Assembly: GCA_043778555.1 (NCBI GenBank)
Contig: JAYWFY010000059.1
Location: 1-51,170, forward strand
From: a bacterium
GTDB taxonomy: Bacteria > Patescibacteriota > JACMRA01
DNA length: 51,170 nt
Direction of reading: 5' to 3'
The notes under the pieces: generated by a model
What the model saw: the letters and a program-made list of their open reading frames with translations, nothing else
What the model was told of the DNA's origin: nothing
Databases searched by the model: none
In this document: piece by piece, positions 29,525 to 40,056 of the stretch
Numbering within the stretch: the first letter of the stretch is position 1
How the letters are laid out: each line of letters opens with the position of its first letter
Position numbers and translations under genes: made by a program

Positions 29525-30439
29525 TTATACTATAAAATTTTGTAATAGCGTGCTTATATCAAAAGCCTTGACTTCATTTGCCAATGTTTCTACCTTACCT
29601 TTTCTACTAGATTGTAAAGATAAAAAATTTGGTCGGTTGGATTTGTAAATTAAACCCACAGCAATTTTTTCTTCCATATCTTGTACGACTCTGCGGGCTT
29701 GCCAGATGTCAGTATTGTCATATTCAGTCATACTTTTAACGTCTATTAGTTTATTCCAGTACCATTCCTGTGGTGTTGCTTTGTTGAATGTTGGGCACTG
29801 TTGCAATACCTCTATAAAGGCAAAACCATCATGATGTAGAGCTTGTTGGATCAGATCAGTCAAGTGATCTACATTGGATGCAAAGCCTCGAGCCACAAAA
29901 GTCGGGTCAAGAGTAAGCACAAAGTCGCAAACATTGAGCGGTGACAGCTCTGTCAATCCTGGAGTGCCAGCTATTTTTTGTCCTGGTTTTGTAGTGGAGC
30001 TAGCTTGTCCGATAGTCAGTCCATAGATACTATTGTTGTGTAGAATAAAGACCTGTGGATAGTTGGAGCGGACAGAATGGACTAGGTGATTAATACCTTC
30101 GGAAAGGGTAGAACCATCACCGCCCTGAGCAATGATTTTGAGGTGGGTATTTGCAAGGGCGCAACCAGCAGACAAGGGCAAAACTCTACCGTGAAGACCA
30201 TGAATAGTATTGGCGTTAAATTTGTCACTTTCGTTGCCATTACAACCTACATCATAGCACATCATCACGTTATAAGGCTCATAACTTTCTAGTGCAAGTG
30301 CTCGTTTGATCGCAGCTATAATGCCATAATTACCGCAACTACTGCACCAAGTATGTTTATTTTTACCTTCAAATTTGAGGTAATCGTCAGCTTTGGACAG
30401 AAGATTATCCAGTTTTGATACTTGATTTTGATTAGTCAT
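29525..30439 (-). CDS. 2-oxoacid:ferredoxin oxidoreductase beta subunit (TPP-binding)
   Basis: TWCSSCGNYG, HGLHGR, GGDG, NNSIYGLT.GQAS, EVLQQCPTFN; start moved to ATG 30439. Confidence 0.92.
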   Translation of the reverse strand: MTNQNQVSKLDNLLSKADDYLKFEGKNKHTWCSSCGNYGIIAAIKRALALESYEPYNVMMCYDVGCNGNESDKFNANTIHGLHGRVLPLSAGCALANTHLKIIAQGGDGSTLSEGINHLVHSVRSNYPQVFILHNNSIYGLTIGQASSTTKPGQKIAGTPGLTELSPLNVCDFVLTLDPTFVARGFASNVDHLTDLIQQALHHDGFAFIEVLQQCPTFNKATPQEWYWNKLIDVKSMTEYDNTDIWQARRVVQDMEEKIAVGLIYKSNRPNFLSLQSSRKGKVETLANEVKAFDISTLLQNFIV

Positions 30440-30558
30440 GATACTGTTAATAATTGGTTGCATCCAAGATTTTGTCAATTGTATAGTTTTTTCAATATAT
30501 TTTGAGGATAAAAATCCACCTTGACTAATTTTGTCAAAGAGTTCAATATTAATACATT

Positions 30559-31458
30559 ATGTTTAAACGCAACCTTGTCGAAGGTCTCAAAAATATCACT
30601 CGATCTATCTGGATTTCTATTACTGCGGTTATTGTACTTACGGTATCGCTTGCTTCTGTAGCCTTGATTATAACTATGTCAGTTACCCTTGGTTATGCTG
30701 TTCGCAACATTGATAGATTAGTTTCTTTCCCAGCTTTCTTCAAAGAAAATGTAGTAGAAGAACAGATTAACAGTACTATATTGCCAAAGATTAAGTCCAA
30801 TCCCAATATCAAAAGTGTGGAGTATTTTGACAAAGAAAAAGCCAAACAAGCCGTCAATACTGGTGCCGTCAATGTTGTGTCTACTAGTCTAGGAGGCGAC
30901 GAAAATTATGCTTGGAGATATTTACTTATCACCCCAAACAAGTCCGAAAATTACACTGAACTAGTTAGTTTTGTTAAAGATGGAGACTATAAAGATGCCT
31001 TTGTAGAAGTTCCAGCTGATACCGTCGCTATTACCAAGCTTACCAAGTTTTATGAATGGGTCAATGTGGCTAGTGTAGTAACAATTATCATTTTTTCAAT
31101 AGTGGCAATATTAGTGATGTCCAATATTTTAAGAATGACGATTTATAACAACAAAGAAGAAATTGAAATTATGAGACTAGTGGGAGCAACTAACGCCTAT
31201 ATTCAAGGTCCTTTTATTACTCAAGGAGTACTTTATAATCTGGTTTCGGCGATATTAGTGATCATATTGTTTGTGAGTGGGATTAGCTTTGCAGCTCCTA
31301 CTCTGCGTTCATATTTAGGAGTCAGTAGTCTTACTAACGGTAGCGGTGGAGATCTCATTCCGCAGATATTCTTATCGTTAGGTTTGACTATGTTCTTGGC
31401 AATTGCGATGGGCGCTGTGACCGTTTATTTTTCAATTCAACGATACCTCAAATCCTAA
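30559..31458 (+). CDS. ftsX: Cell division permease-like protein FtsX
   Basis: 4-TM layout, EIEIMRLVGAT..YIQGPF. Confidence 0.9.
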   Translation: MFKRNLVEGLKNITRSIWISITAVIVLTVSLASVALIITMSVTLGYAVRNIDRLVSFPAFFKENVVEEQINSTILPKIKSNPNIKSVEYFDKEKAKQAVNTGAVNVVSTSLGGDENYAWRYLLITPNKSENYTELVSFVKDGDYKDAFVEVPADTVAITKLTKFYEWVNVASVVTIIIFSIVAILVMSNILRMTIYNNKEEIEIMRLVGATNAYIQGPFITQGVLYNLVSAILVIILFVSGISFAAPTLRSYLGVSSLTNGSGGDLIPQIFLSLGLTMFLAIAMGAVTVYFSIQRYLKS

Positions 31459-31473
31459 ATTGGTTCAGTCACT

Positions 31474-32970
31474 ATGACAATTTTATTCTTTAGCCTTGGG
31501 ATTATTGTATTGCTAACCCTAATATTGACGGTTTGCTTCTGGTCAAAAATTTGCTTTGAGCTATTATCTAGAATTTGCACTTGCCTAGTTTTGTCTCTTC
31601 CCTTTGAATACTTTCCTCGGGCGGAGCTAGTAGGCGCAAGCTGGAGAATTTCTCAGTTGGTGGTGATCATGGCCTTTTGGGTGATTATTATTTTGTTACT
31701 CAAAAAGGATCGTCAATTACTTAGTCACAGAATTCATTTTGCATCATACTATCCGTTAATTTTTTTTATTTTAAGCTCGCCTTCTTGGTTTTTTATTCAG
31801 GATTTTCAAAGGTTTATTGTCCACCTAGTCGGAACTATTTTTGTTTTTGGAGCTTTTGTGTTGCTTTCTAATTTTGCAACTGATATCTGGAAAAGTTTAA
31901 AACGACTAGTTATAGTACTTTTTGGCTGTAGCCTCTTTGGTTTATATCAATTTTTTGGAGATATTGTTGGTATCTCACCTTTCTTTACACTGCTGCGAGA
32001 GCATTACACCAAAGTAGTTTTTGGAGTGCCAAGGATACAGGGAACAGCAGTAGAACCGCTATATTTTGCAGGAATGTTGATGGTAGCTATTTTTGTCCTA
32101 ATTTTTTGGATATGTGAAAGTTTGGAGTTTCAAAAAAAATTACAGCCTAGTTCAATTAATTTAGAAACAAGTAATTTGCTGTATTATAGTACATCAGTTT
32201 TGCCAAATTTATCGCAACAACTAAGATCAAATAGTAATTTTATGGAAATTATCTTTACAAAGCTTGCTGTCCATAAAGTCAAATCTCTTTCTATAATATT
32301 GTTAATAATTTTCACAGTATTTTTGTTGACTATTTCCAAGGGAACTTTCGGAGTACTTACTATTTTGATTTTACCCCTATTTGTTACAATTTTTTTAGTA
32401 TTCAATTTTTTTAGACAATATATTTATACTAATCTGTTTCAAGGTATTTTAGTTATGTTATTATTAGGGATAATTTTCTTTAATTTTGCCAATCCAATTG
32501 CGTTGCTTGGTGAAATTGGTACCAACTTTGTAGAAACTCTATCAGGAACTTCTGCTTCAGCTATGGAGCGTTCAATGTTTTCCAACCAAGCCATAACTGG
32601 CATTAAACAAAATCCTATTTTTGGTATTGGAATGGGGCAATATGGTAGCTATGTTGGTAATAATTTGGGCGTTCTTAACGATGACGGTAAAGCTATAGTC
32701 AACAATGTTTATCTTGAAATTTGGCTTGAAGAAGGTATTTTGGTATTATTCTTTTTTGTATTTTTGTTACTTCAGCCCATTGTTATTTTGTTAAAATTCT
32801 TGGCGACACAGTGGTCACTTTTGCGGGCTGAAACCTTTGCAGCTCTTTCTTTTGTCTTTATTTTGGTCGGATACTATTTGCAGTGGACTTTGTTTTCTCC
32901 TATTTTTATTATGCCTATCTTCATTATACTTGGACTTGCCTACAATTTGATTTCAAATTATCATAATTAA
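31474..32970 (+). CDS. O-antigen ligase (Wzy_C)-like membrane protein
   Basis: Multi-TM; RIQGTAVEP, LTISKG, PIFGIGMG, NNVYLEIWLEEG. Confidence 0.8.
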   Translation: MTILFFSLGIIVLLTLILTVCFWSKICFELLSRICTCLVLSLPFEYFPRAELVGASWRISQLVVIMAFWVIIILLLKKDRQLLSHRIHFASYYPLIFFILSSPSWFFIQDFQRFIVHLVGTIFVFGAFVLLSNFATDIWKSLKRLVIVLFGCSLFGLYQFFGDIVGISPFFTLLREHYTKVVFGVPRIQGTAVEPLYFAGMLMVAIFVLIFWICESLEFQKKLQPSSINLETSNLLYYSTSVLPNLSQQLRSNSNFMEIIFTKLAVHKVKSLSIILLIIFTVFLLTISKGTFGVLTILILPLFVTIFLVFNFFRQYIYTNLFQGILVMLLLGIIFFNFANPIALLGEIGTNFVETLSGTSASAMERSMFSNQAITGIKQNPIFGIGMGQYGSYVGNNLGVLNDDGKAIVNNVYLEIWLEEGILVLFFFVFLLLQPIVILLKFLATQWSLLRAETFAALSFVFILVGYYLQWTLFSPIFIMPIFIILGLAYNLISNYHN

Positions 32971-32971
32971 T

Positions 32972-33397
32972 ATGTCCAAAAAACTAGTATATATAATGCT
33001 GTCAGGTGGAGTAGATTCCTCAGTTGCAGCCGCCAAACTCCTTGAGCAAGGACATGATTGCGTTGGAGTATTTATGAAATGCTGGTCAATGCAGCAAATT
33101 GAACGAATGCATTTGTCAACCGATCTATATGATTGTAGCTGGGAAGATGACGTTCAGGATGCAGAGCTAGTGGCAAAAAAACTTGATATGCCTTTTGAAG
33201 TTTGGGATTTTCAAGATGAATATTACAACAAAGTAGTGCGATATATGATAGACGAATACAAAGCAGGTCGCACTCCCAATCCTGATGTAATGTGTAATGG
33301 TAATATCAAATTTGGCATATTTTATGAGAAAGCTATTGAGCGTGGTGCAGACTTTGTAGCAACAGGACACTACGCTAGGATTGTTGACTTGGTTTAG
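32972..33397 (+). CDS. mnmA: N-terminal domain only of tRNA 2-thiouridylase MnmA (split or truncated)
   Basis: SGGVDS, TPNPDVMCN, ATGHYAR then stop; no DQSYFL continuation visible downstream. Confidence 0.8.
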   Translation: MSKKLVYIMLSGGVDSSVAAAKLLEQGHDCVGVFMKCWSMQQIERMHLSTDLYDCSWEDDVQDAELVAKKLDMPFEVWDFQDEYYNKVVRYMIDEYKAGRTPNPDVMCNGNIKFGIFYEKAIERGADFVATGHYARIVDLV

Positions 33398-33560
33398 CTA
33401 TAGGTAAATTTTAAGGTTATTTGGAGAATTGACTAACCCTCAAAAACTTTACATAATTGGATTACGTTTTAATATTTTACTGCTCAAGATTGATTAAACT
33501 CTTGCCTGATTTGTTATCAGTTTGGCTATACAATCAATATAGTACTTTGTGTTCAAAAAA

Positions 33561-33588
33561 CATAATCATAATATTACTTATACGAAGT
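33561..33588 (-). repeat. dif-like site
   Basis: ACTTCGTATAA-gtaata-TTATGATTATG; the same 11-mer occurs at 34653, 44369 and 46672. Confidence 0.45.
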
Positions 33589-33615
33589 CAATAAATTTAT
33601 TTTAAAAATATAAAA

Positions 33616-34524
33616 ATGATAAAAAAAAATAACAAAAATCCACAATTCAATATTCCTCCATCCAAAATCCTAGCGTTAGTTTTAGCTATATTTCTAATAA
33701 TTAGCATTCCATTTGGGGTTGTACAGTTTTTTCTTCATACGGATAGTCAGACTGACATTTCACGCTCTCTAGAGGAGGATAAGCAAAGACAACTCAAATT
33801 TGAGTTTCAAAAAAATATGCTGACTACCAAAATTGAAGCAGAGAACAATCAGCTTGGATTTACGTCAACTTTTGACAATTATAAAATTAACAAAAGCCCA
33901 GACTCAAAGTGGCAAATAAACTGGCAAACCAACTTTGGCGATCTTAATTTTGAACTTAACTCACAAGATGCGCCAATAAATGTAGAAAACTTTGTTAGAC
34001 TAAATACTCGCAGTGCTTACAAAAATACTGTCATTCATAGAATAGTCAAGCAAGATAATGTCAATATTATTCAAGGTGGTGATTTTGACAAATTGGATGG
34101 AACAGGTGGACAGTCAGCGTACTATCTTAGTGAACAATTGGATAATTTGATTCCAGATGAAAACTGGCAAACCAAACCAGATATTGAATTAGAAAGTGGT
34201 ATAACTAAAGGTGGTTTAGTTCCAAATACTCAATACTACAAAAACTTTAATAGTCAAACAGGAGAAATAGAATATCCCAAAGGGTTAGTACTTATAGCCA
34301 AAAAGAAATATCCAGATTCTGCCAGCTCACAATTTTTCATCACGCTAGATAAAACAATTTTGCCTGCACAATATACAGTTATAGGTAAAGTAACGGATGA
34401 AACAATTAATACACTCGATAAAACTAATCGAGAGGTAGGCGTAGAGTATGACTCCAAAAATCCAAGTGATGGTTTTCCAAATAAAGAGATCAAAATTTTG
34501 AATACAGGAGTCAAAAAAGTGTAG
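33616..34524 (+). CDS. Membrane-anchored cyclophilin-type peptidyl-prolyl isomerase
   Basis: TM then AP.NVENF, HRIV...IIQGGD...GTGG, SASSQFFI, YTVIGKV. Confidence 0.9.
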   Translation: MIKKNNKNPQFNIPPSKILALVLAIFLIISIPFGVVQFFLHTDSQTDISRSLEEDKQRQLKFEFQKNMLTTKIEAENNQLGFTSTFDNYKINKSPDSKWQINWQTNFGDLNFELNSQDAPINVENFVRLNTRSAYKNTVIHRIVKQDNVNIIQGGDFDKLDGTGGQSAYYLSEQLDNLIPDENWQTKPDIELESGITKGGLVPNTQYYKNFNSQTGEIEYPKGLVLIAKKKYPDSASSQFFITLDKTILPAQYTVIGKVTDETINTLDKTNREVGVEYDSKNPSDGFPNKEIKILNTGVKKV

Positions 34525-34635
34525 GGAAGTTACGTTTATTTTGAAATCTAAGCTTGTAGTAAAATTTACCTTTCTAAAAAAGTTTGGTGTTAAGCTGATC
34601 GTCATAATCCTGAACTTGTTTTTGCAGCGACCTTT

Positions 34636-34666
34636 AAATTGAAAGATATTGCTTATACGAAGTCAA
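34636..34666 (-). repeat. dif-like site, second arm degenerate
   Basis: TTG-ACTTCGTATAA-gcaata-TCTTTCAATTT. Confidence 0.35.
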
Positions 34667-34678
34667 TGAAAATATAAT

Positions 34679-35599
34679 TTATAAATATAGTTGACTAAAA
34701 ATTGCAAAATGATCAGAAGGTTCTTTATGAGTAAAACGAATTGTTCTAGTTTTATAGCTCGAAATGGGTTTGGTTGAAAGTATAAAATCATTTTTAGTTT
34801 TCCATTTCAAAAAAGTGTAGGGGATTTTGGTTGTCAAGTCAATAAAATTAGGTTGAATAAAGTTTTTGAAATTATCAGAATTATTTGTAAAGCATAAGTC
34901 ACCAACCAAAAATATTTGTTTCGTAGAATTTTTAGATACTAACAAGATTTGCTGTATTTGAGAATCATACACTTTTAGTGTGTCCATAGTAGACTTACGA
35001 TGTGGCGAAGTCAAATGTGTATTAATAATAAGATAATCTTCAAACTCTACCACCAAAAAACCTTTTTCCAGTTGCCTTTCTGCCAATTGTGGACTAAAAA
35101 TCTTACCTTGCTTTTCAAACTTGATAAAATTAACACAAAGTGGTTTCTTTTTGGAATAAATAGCCAAACCACCTTTGACTATTCGCTGGCCGCTACTCTC
35201 TGCAATAGATTTATAATACCGAGGTAAATTCAATATTCCTGCTTGACTTTGAAAAACTACTTCCTGTAGGCATACTATGTCTGGTTGTAATGTCTCAATT
35301 TTTTCAGCAATTCTCATGTGATCCGTCTTGGGCTGTGTCCAGCAAATGTTGTGAGTATAAATACTAAGGTTATTTTTGGTATTAATTTCAATTAACTTTT
35401 TACCAATAGCTTGAAGAATGGGATTACTAATCAGTTTTTTGGCATTATTAATCAAGTTTATCTTCGGGTGTGGATTTTTCTTGATTAAAGATTTTTTGGT
35501 AGTTTGCTTCCTAATATTTTTGCCGACCAACTTTGTGGCTGTAGAAATGGCAGCTATAGAATTAGTTATTTTTTGTGCAAGGCTAGTTTTCTCTGGCAT
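34679..35599 (-). CDS. Endonuclease/exonuclease/phosphatase (EEP) family protein
   Basis: THNI, DIVCLQEV, NTHL, GDL, SDH; start ATG 35599 lies 7 nt after a TTGACA-17-TACACT promoter. Confidence 0.85.
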   Translation of the reverse strand: MPEKTSLAQKITNSIAAISTATKLVGKNIRKQTTKKSLIKKNPHPKINLINNAKKLISNPILQAIGKKLIEINTKNNLSIYTHNICWTQPKTDHMRIAEKIETLQPDIVCLQEVVFQSQAGILNLPRYYKSIAESSGQRIVKGGLAIYSKKKPLCVNFIKFEKQGKIFSPQLAERQLEKGFLVVEFEDYLIINTHLTSPHRKSTMDTLKVYDSQIQQILLVSKNSTKQIFLVGDLCFTNNSDNFKNFIQPNFIDLTTKIPYTFLKWKTKNDFILSTKPISSYKTRTIRFTHKEPSDHFAIFSQLYL

Positions 35600-35671
35600 T
35601 ATGACAAGTGTATTCATTTCCGATCAAAATGTCAATACAGGTAATCAAACTGATAATACACAAAGGAGGGC

Positions 35672-35698
35672 TGTCATCTTGAACTTGTTTCAGGATCT
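35672..35698 (+). repeat. REP-like palindromic repeat
   Basis: TGTCATCTTGAACTTGTTTCAGGATCT. Confidence 0.8.
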
Positions 35699-35736
35699 AA
35701 AAAGATTGTATGCGAATTGCAAGGTTTAATTAAAAT

Positions 35737-36063
35737 ATGAAACAAGAAATCTACAAATATCAATTCAAATTTATCAACTTTGAGAAAGCTTTTTTGCTGC
35801 TCTGTGAGCGTGTAGAAATCCTAAGAAAAGATCCAGACAATGAAATGTTCCAAGCTGCAATTATTCAGACTTTTGAATTTACATTTGAACTGAGCTGGAA
35901 ACTGATCAAGGCTTTTTTGGAATACAAGGGTGTAGATTGTCAGCCGTATCCTCGAGACATTATCAAAGCCGCCTTTCAAAATGGGTTAATTAAAAATAAC
36001 ATTCTACTCAAGTCAGAAATTGACACGTATGCACAAGATTTTTGGTCTAAGGTAAGAATTTAA
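35737..36063 (+). pseudogene. Truncated HI0074-type HEPN protein, likely fused to an MNT tail
   Basis: IIQTFEFTFELSWKLIK...PRDIIKAAFQNGLI, then no RxxxxH motif. Confidence 0.7.
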
Positions 36064-36065
36064 CC

Positions 36066-36092
36066 TGTCGTCCTGAACTTGTTTCAGAATCT
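36066..36092 (+). repeat. REP-like palindromic repeat
   Basis: TGTCGTCCTGAACTTGTTTCAGAATCT. Confidence 0.8.
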
Positions 36093-36179
36093 AAAAATTA
36101 AATACAAAGTCAAGCTATTTGACAAATCTAGTTGTTACAAGCTTTAATTAGTATACTTACAAATCCAAAATTTATTTTT

Positions 36180-36794
36180 ATGTTAACACTAATGCCACTT
36201 CCATATCCTACAGATGCTCTATCTCCTATTATTAATTCTCAGACTGTCGAGATCCATCACGACAAACATCACGCTACATATCTCAATAACCTCAACACAA
36301 TCTTGGCAGAATTCCCCGGCCAAATTGATTGGGATGTAGAAAAAATCTTACTTAATCTAAACATTTTTCCAGAATCCAAGCGTCAAGCTCTGATCAACAA
36401 CGCTGGTCAAGTCTATAACCATGATCTATACTGGAACTCGATGCAGGGTGGTGAGCAAAAGTTTGAATTGTCTCCAGAACTCGGTAAAGCTATAGATAAG
36501 TTTGAATCCTACGAAAATTTTAAAGAACTATGGAAGCAGGCTGGCTTGACACAATTTGGTTCTGGCTGGGTATGGCTTGTTACAGATGATAAAGGTGAAT
36601 TATTTATAGAAAAAACTAGCAACGCAGATTCACCATTTATCCATGGCAAAAAACCTCTTATGACTATGGATGTCTGGGAGCATGCTTACTATCTAGATTA
36701 CCAAAATAAAAGAGCCGACTATATCGACGGCTGGTTCACTCTTGTCAACTGGTCTAAAGTTAGCCAGAGGTATTCCGACCTTACTAGCAACTAA
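36180..36794 (+). CDS. Fe/Mn superoxide dismutase
   Basis: HHDKHH, NHDLYW, FGSGWVW, DVWEHAYY; start ATG 36180. Confidence 0.96.
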   Translation: MLTLMPLPYPTDALSPIINSQTVEIHHDKHHATYLNNLNTILAEFPGQIDWDVEKILLNLNIFPESKRQALINNAGQVYNHDLYWNSMQGGEQKFELSPELGKAIDKFESYENFKELWKQAGLTQFGSGWVWLVTDDKGELFIEKTSNADSPFIHGKKPLMTMDVWEHAYYLDYQNKRADYIDGWFTLVNWSKVSQRYSDLTSN

Positions 36795-36851
36795 ATTATT
36801 TTAGTTTGAGTTTGTATTAACCTTCTACAATTGTATCTCATTTTTATTAAT

Positions 36852-37406
36852 ATGCAAATCTTCTTTATTCTCATATATTTTTTGGCAATATTTCGATTAG
36901 ATTTGTACTACGCTAATCGTTATTTTTGGAATAATAATTGTAAATGGGAGCGAGTAGGGACTAGCTTAATGCAGCCTTTAATGGAGTTATTTGGTAATTC
37001 AATGACTGCACATTTTTGGCATTTTGAAAATTTTAAGCTAGATCGCAACTCTTTTGATCATAATAAATATGTTCTACAGCTCAACTCATCACAAAATACC
37101 TTTCGTAGGTTTGGCAAGCTTCCAATTTTATCATTTTTATCTTCGGCATATGTAGATATTAATCCGTTTCAAACTTGTGCTATTATAAAGCCCAAAAATT
37201 ATAAAGGAAAGTGGAAAATAGTATTTGCTCGAGATTGGGACAATAATATTTTTAGCATAGAAAAATGCAGCCATTTGGGATCAGTCAAAGTCATCGTTGA
37301 CGGAAGTGGAGGTATAATGGCTCAAAATCAAAATAATGAATTAATAGAACTGGAACTAGTTCAATATTGTAAAGCTTGGCAAAGTACCGACATACTTTTT
37401 GTATAA
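36852..37406 (+). CDS. Hypothetical protein
   Basis: Open frame with hydrophobic N-terminus. Confidence 0.6.
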   Translation: MQIFFILIYFLAIFRLDLYYANRYFWNNNCKWERVGTSLMQPLMELFGNSMTAHFWHFENFKLDRNSFDHNKYVLQLNSSQNTFRRFGKLPILSFLSSAYVDINPFQTCAIIKPKNYKGKWKIVFARDWDNNIFSIEKCSHLGSVKVIVDGSGGIMAQNQNNELIELELVQYCKAWQSTDILFV

Positions 37407-37495
37407 ATTGTGTTGTTTTTATAAAATTATTTGACAAGATTAACAGATAGCATATAAAATGATTCAACTCACCAAGCCTTAACTTTCCAGTCTGT

Positions 37496-38728
37496 ATGTC
37501 ACAATTCAAAACCACTCTTCCAATTTTAGTTATTTTTTCTACATTTCTTCTTACACCGAGTGTAGTAGCAACTAGTCCAAATTTAATCAATAATTTATCA
37601 TTTGAAGAAGGTTCGATAGCTTGGATGCAAAACAAAACGGGAAATAATATTGCTAATTTTAACATTGTTGATGATGATGCTCAAGATGGAATCAAAAGTG
37701 GCAAAGTAGAAATAACCAATTATACTAGCGGAAATGCATATTGGTCATTCACTCCAACAAATATATTACCAAACATCCAGTACGAAACTGGTTTTTTTTA
37801 TAAGTCAAATTTGAGCTCTTATGTCATAATGGATATTTTAAATACAAAAAATATTCACGAATATAGGCGTCTTGGCAATACTTTACCTTCTACAAATACT
37901 TGGGCAGCTTTTTACTATAGATTTGACTCACCCGCTGACATCAAAAATATAAATTTTTATATACCTGTTAACGATGTAGGATATATTCAAACTGATAATT
38001 ATTATATAGTAAAAAGTGATATTCAACCTCAAGATCCCGACAACAAATTTATTCGACCTTTGGTAAGTATTGATTTTGATGATGGGTGGAAATCCTCATA
38101 TAAAAATGGCTTTCCAATACTCGACAGATTTGGCTTTAAAGCTACAGCAGGGATTATAACTGATACTGTCGAAAGTGAGGATCCATATAATATTAAGAAC
38201 TATATGAACAAAACTGAAATACTAAGCCTCAAAAACCAAGGACACAAAATAGCATCCCATACAAAAACACATCCATTCTTAACTACCTTATCGTCAGAAC
38301 AAGTCTTTGATGAAGTGCAGGGTTCCAAGCAATATCTTGAAGATATAACAGAGCAAGAGATCAACTATTTTATCACTCCTTATTGTGAGTTTAATCAAGT
38401 TATAACTGACGTAGTAAAGCAATATTACAACCTAGGAATGAGAAACTGTAACGACACATATAATGCCAAATATACATTTAATAGGTTTAATATCAACTCT
38501 TTTCCAGTATTTAATACGACAACAAACTCTGAAATAAAAGTTGTGCTAGATAAGGCTAAGGCAAATAATGAATGGTTGGTGTTTATGTATCACAAAGTAG
38601 ATAATAGTAATAATCAGTATTCCGTTACCAAATCAAAGCTAATGCAACAAATGCAATTAATTAAAGACAGTAGTATAGTTGTAAAACCTTCACAAGACGC
38701 TTTGTTGGAATTATTGCCTCAAATATAA
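37496..38728 (+). CDS. Secreted polysaccharide deacetylase (NodB/CE4) with N-terminal CBM-like domain
   Basis: Signal peptide, NLINNLSFE, FDDGW, SHTKTHP, PY, MYH. Confidence 0.88.
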   Translation: MSQFKTTLPILVIFSTFLLTPSVVATSPNLINNLSFEEGSIAWMQNKTGNNIANFNIVDDDAQDGIKSGKVEITNYTSGNAYWSFTPTNILPNIQYETGFFYKSNLSSYVIMDILNTKNIHEYRRLGNTLPSTNTWAAFYYRFDSPADIKNINFYIPVNDVGYIQTDNYYIVKSDIQPQDPDNKFIRPLVSIDFDDGWKSSYKNGFPILDRFGFKATAGIITDTVESEDPYNIKNYMNKTEILSLKNQGHKIASHTKTHPFLTTLSSEQVFDEVQGSKQYLEDITEQEINYFITPYCEFNQVITDVVKQYYNLGMRNCNDTYNAKYTFNRFNINSFPVFNTTTNSEIKVVLDKAKANNEWLVFMYHKVDNSNNQYSVTKSKLMQQMQLIKDSSIVVKPSQDALLELLPQI

Positions 38729-38760
38729 CTCATTCCCCCAAGTAATTTAATATTTGTAGA

Positions 38761-40056
38761 TTACTTCTTCAAGATTTGTTCAATCCCCCATCCAAAAAGG
38801 CTATATTTTGACGATTTCTTGTCATAGTTCACAATTTTAATTTTACGAGGCTTTTGGGCTATTGCCTGGTTGTCAATCATTTTGTTTTGTAAATCTTCTA
38901 TATTGTACATATTATAAAGCCGAATAGAGGGAAGTGGGCTAATAAAAAAAATATTTGCATTAAATGCTTTAGAGATAAGAAAAATAGCTTCACGAGTATC
39001 ATAATATAGAGAGTTTTGATCTTGAATATACATAGAATTACCTTCGTCGATCAAGATTATGTCAGTCAAATTAGAAAATGGTAAAAATAAGCCGGAGCGA
39101 GTAGCACAAATAATTTGAAGCTTAAAGTTTGAAAAAGTTGAGTTTATGTCAAGTGATTTCGAGGTTTCGAGGTTTTTAGTTTTATTGCCCAATTTTGTAT
39201 TCAACATTGACCAAACACATTCTTTGGGTTTTTTGGTTGCTTCGCTAGCATAATATAGTAATTCTATTATTTTTGAAAGTTCTTTATCTTTATTGATTTC
39301 TAATTGGATATATTTGTGTATTTTGTTCAAATATTTCTTCTCTGGAAAAATTATCAATAATTGTTTATTTATACTTTGGTTAAGGGGTTTAAAGCTATTT
39401 TTATTTTCACCTATTAGACTTCTTATAATATACATTATACGCACTTTAATATCAAATTCTATCAAAAATTCTACTTTTGGAGTAATTAATTGATCACTTT
39501 TAAAAATCTCATTTTTTTCAGATTGCTTGAAAAATTTGTCTTGAATTAAGGGCTTATTTTGAGCTTTTTGAATAATATATGATGAAGTATTCATTTTTGT
39601 GTTTAAATTAGTTATTTTATTAATATCTAACTCCTCAAGAGATTTTGCGAGATTTTTCAATTCCAACCATTGTTTCTGGGTCAAAAGTCCAAAAGGCACA
39701 ATAAGTGCATCCCAAGTATCGTTAAGTGAGTTGAATGTGTTATCTGTAAAAATTTTTAAAAATTGAATTTGATGATGTGAAAGTTTAATCGGTAAAATTT
39801 TATTTATTTCTTTGATTTCAAATTTTTTATTTTTTTCATTAGTTATATCGCTTGTCGAATTAACTGATTGAGACTTTTCAAATTCAAATTTGAGTTCTTC
39901 TTCCAAATTTTTACTTAATATCAGTCCAAAATCAATATTATTTCTAATATTTATCTCAACAATGTCCCCTACACTTGCCTTTATTTGGCTTGAATATAGT
40001 AATATAGAGAGATTTTGACCCATATTTTTGGTAGGTAAAACGTTATAAAAATACAT
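38761..40056 (-). CDS. priA: Degenerate PriA-like protein, N-terminal part only
   Basis: VGDIVEI, TRSGLFLPF..L..IILIDEGN..Y.QDQ...YDTRE; no Walker A, zinc finger or second helicase lobe. Confidence 0.65.
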   Translation of the reverse strand: MYFYNVLPTKNMGQNLSILLYSSQIKASVGDIVEINIRNNIDFGLILSKNLEEELKFEFEKSQSVNSTSDITNEKNKKFEIKEINKILPIKLSHHQIQFLKIFTDNTFNSLNDTWDALIVPFGLLTQKQWLELKNLAKSLEELDINKITNLNTKMNTSSYIIQKAQNKPLIQDKFFKQSEKNEIFKSDQLITPKVEFLIEFDIKVRIMYIIRSLIGENKNSFKPLNQSINKQLLIIFPEKKYLNKIHKYIQLEINKDKELSKIIELLYYASEATKKPKECVWSMLNTKLGNKTKNLETSKSLDINSTFSNFKLQIICATRSGLFLPFSNLTDIILIDEGNSMYIQDQNSLYYDTREAIFLISKAFNANIFFISPLPSIRLYNMYNIEDLQNKMIDNQAIAQKPRKIKIVNYDKKSSKYSLFGWGIEQILKK

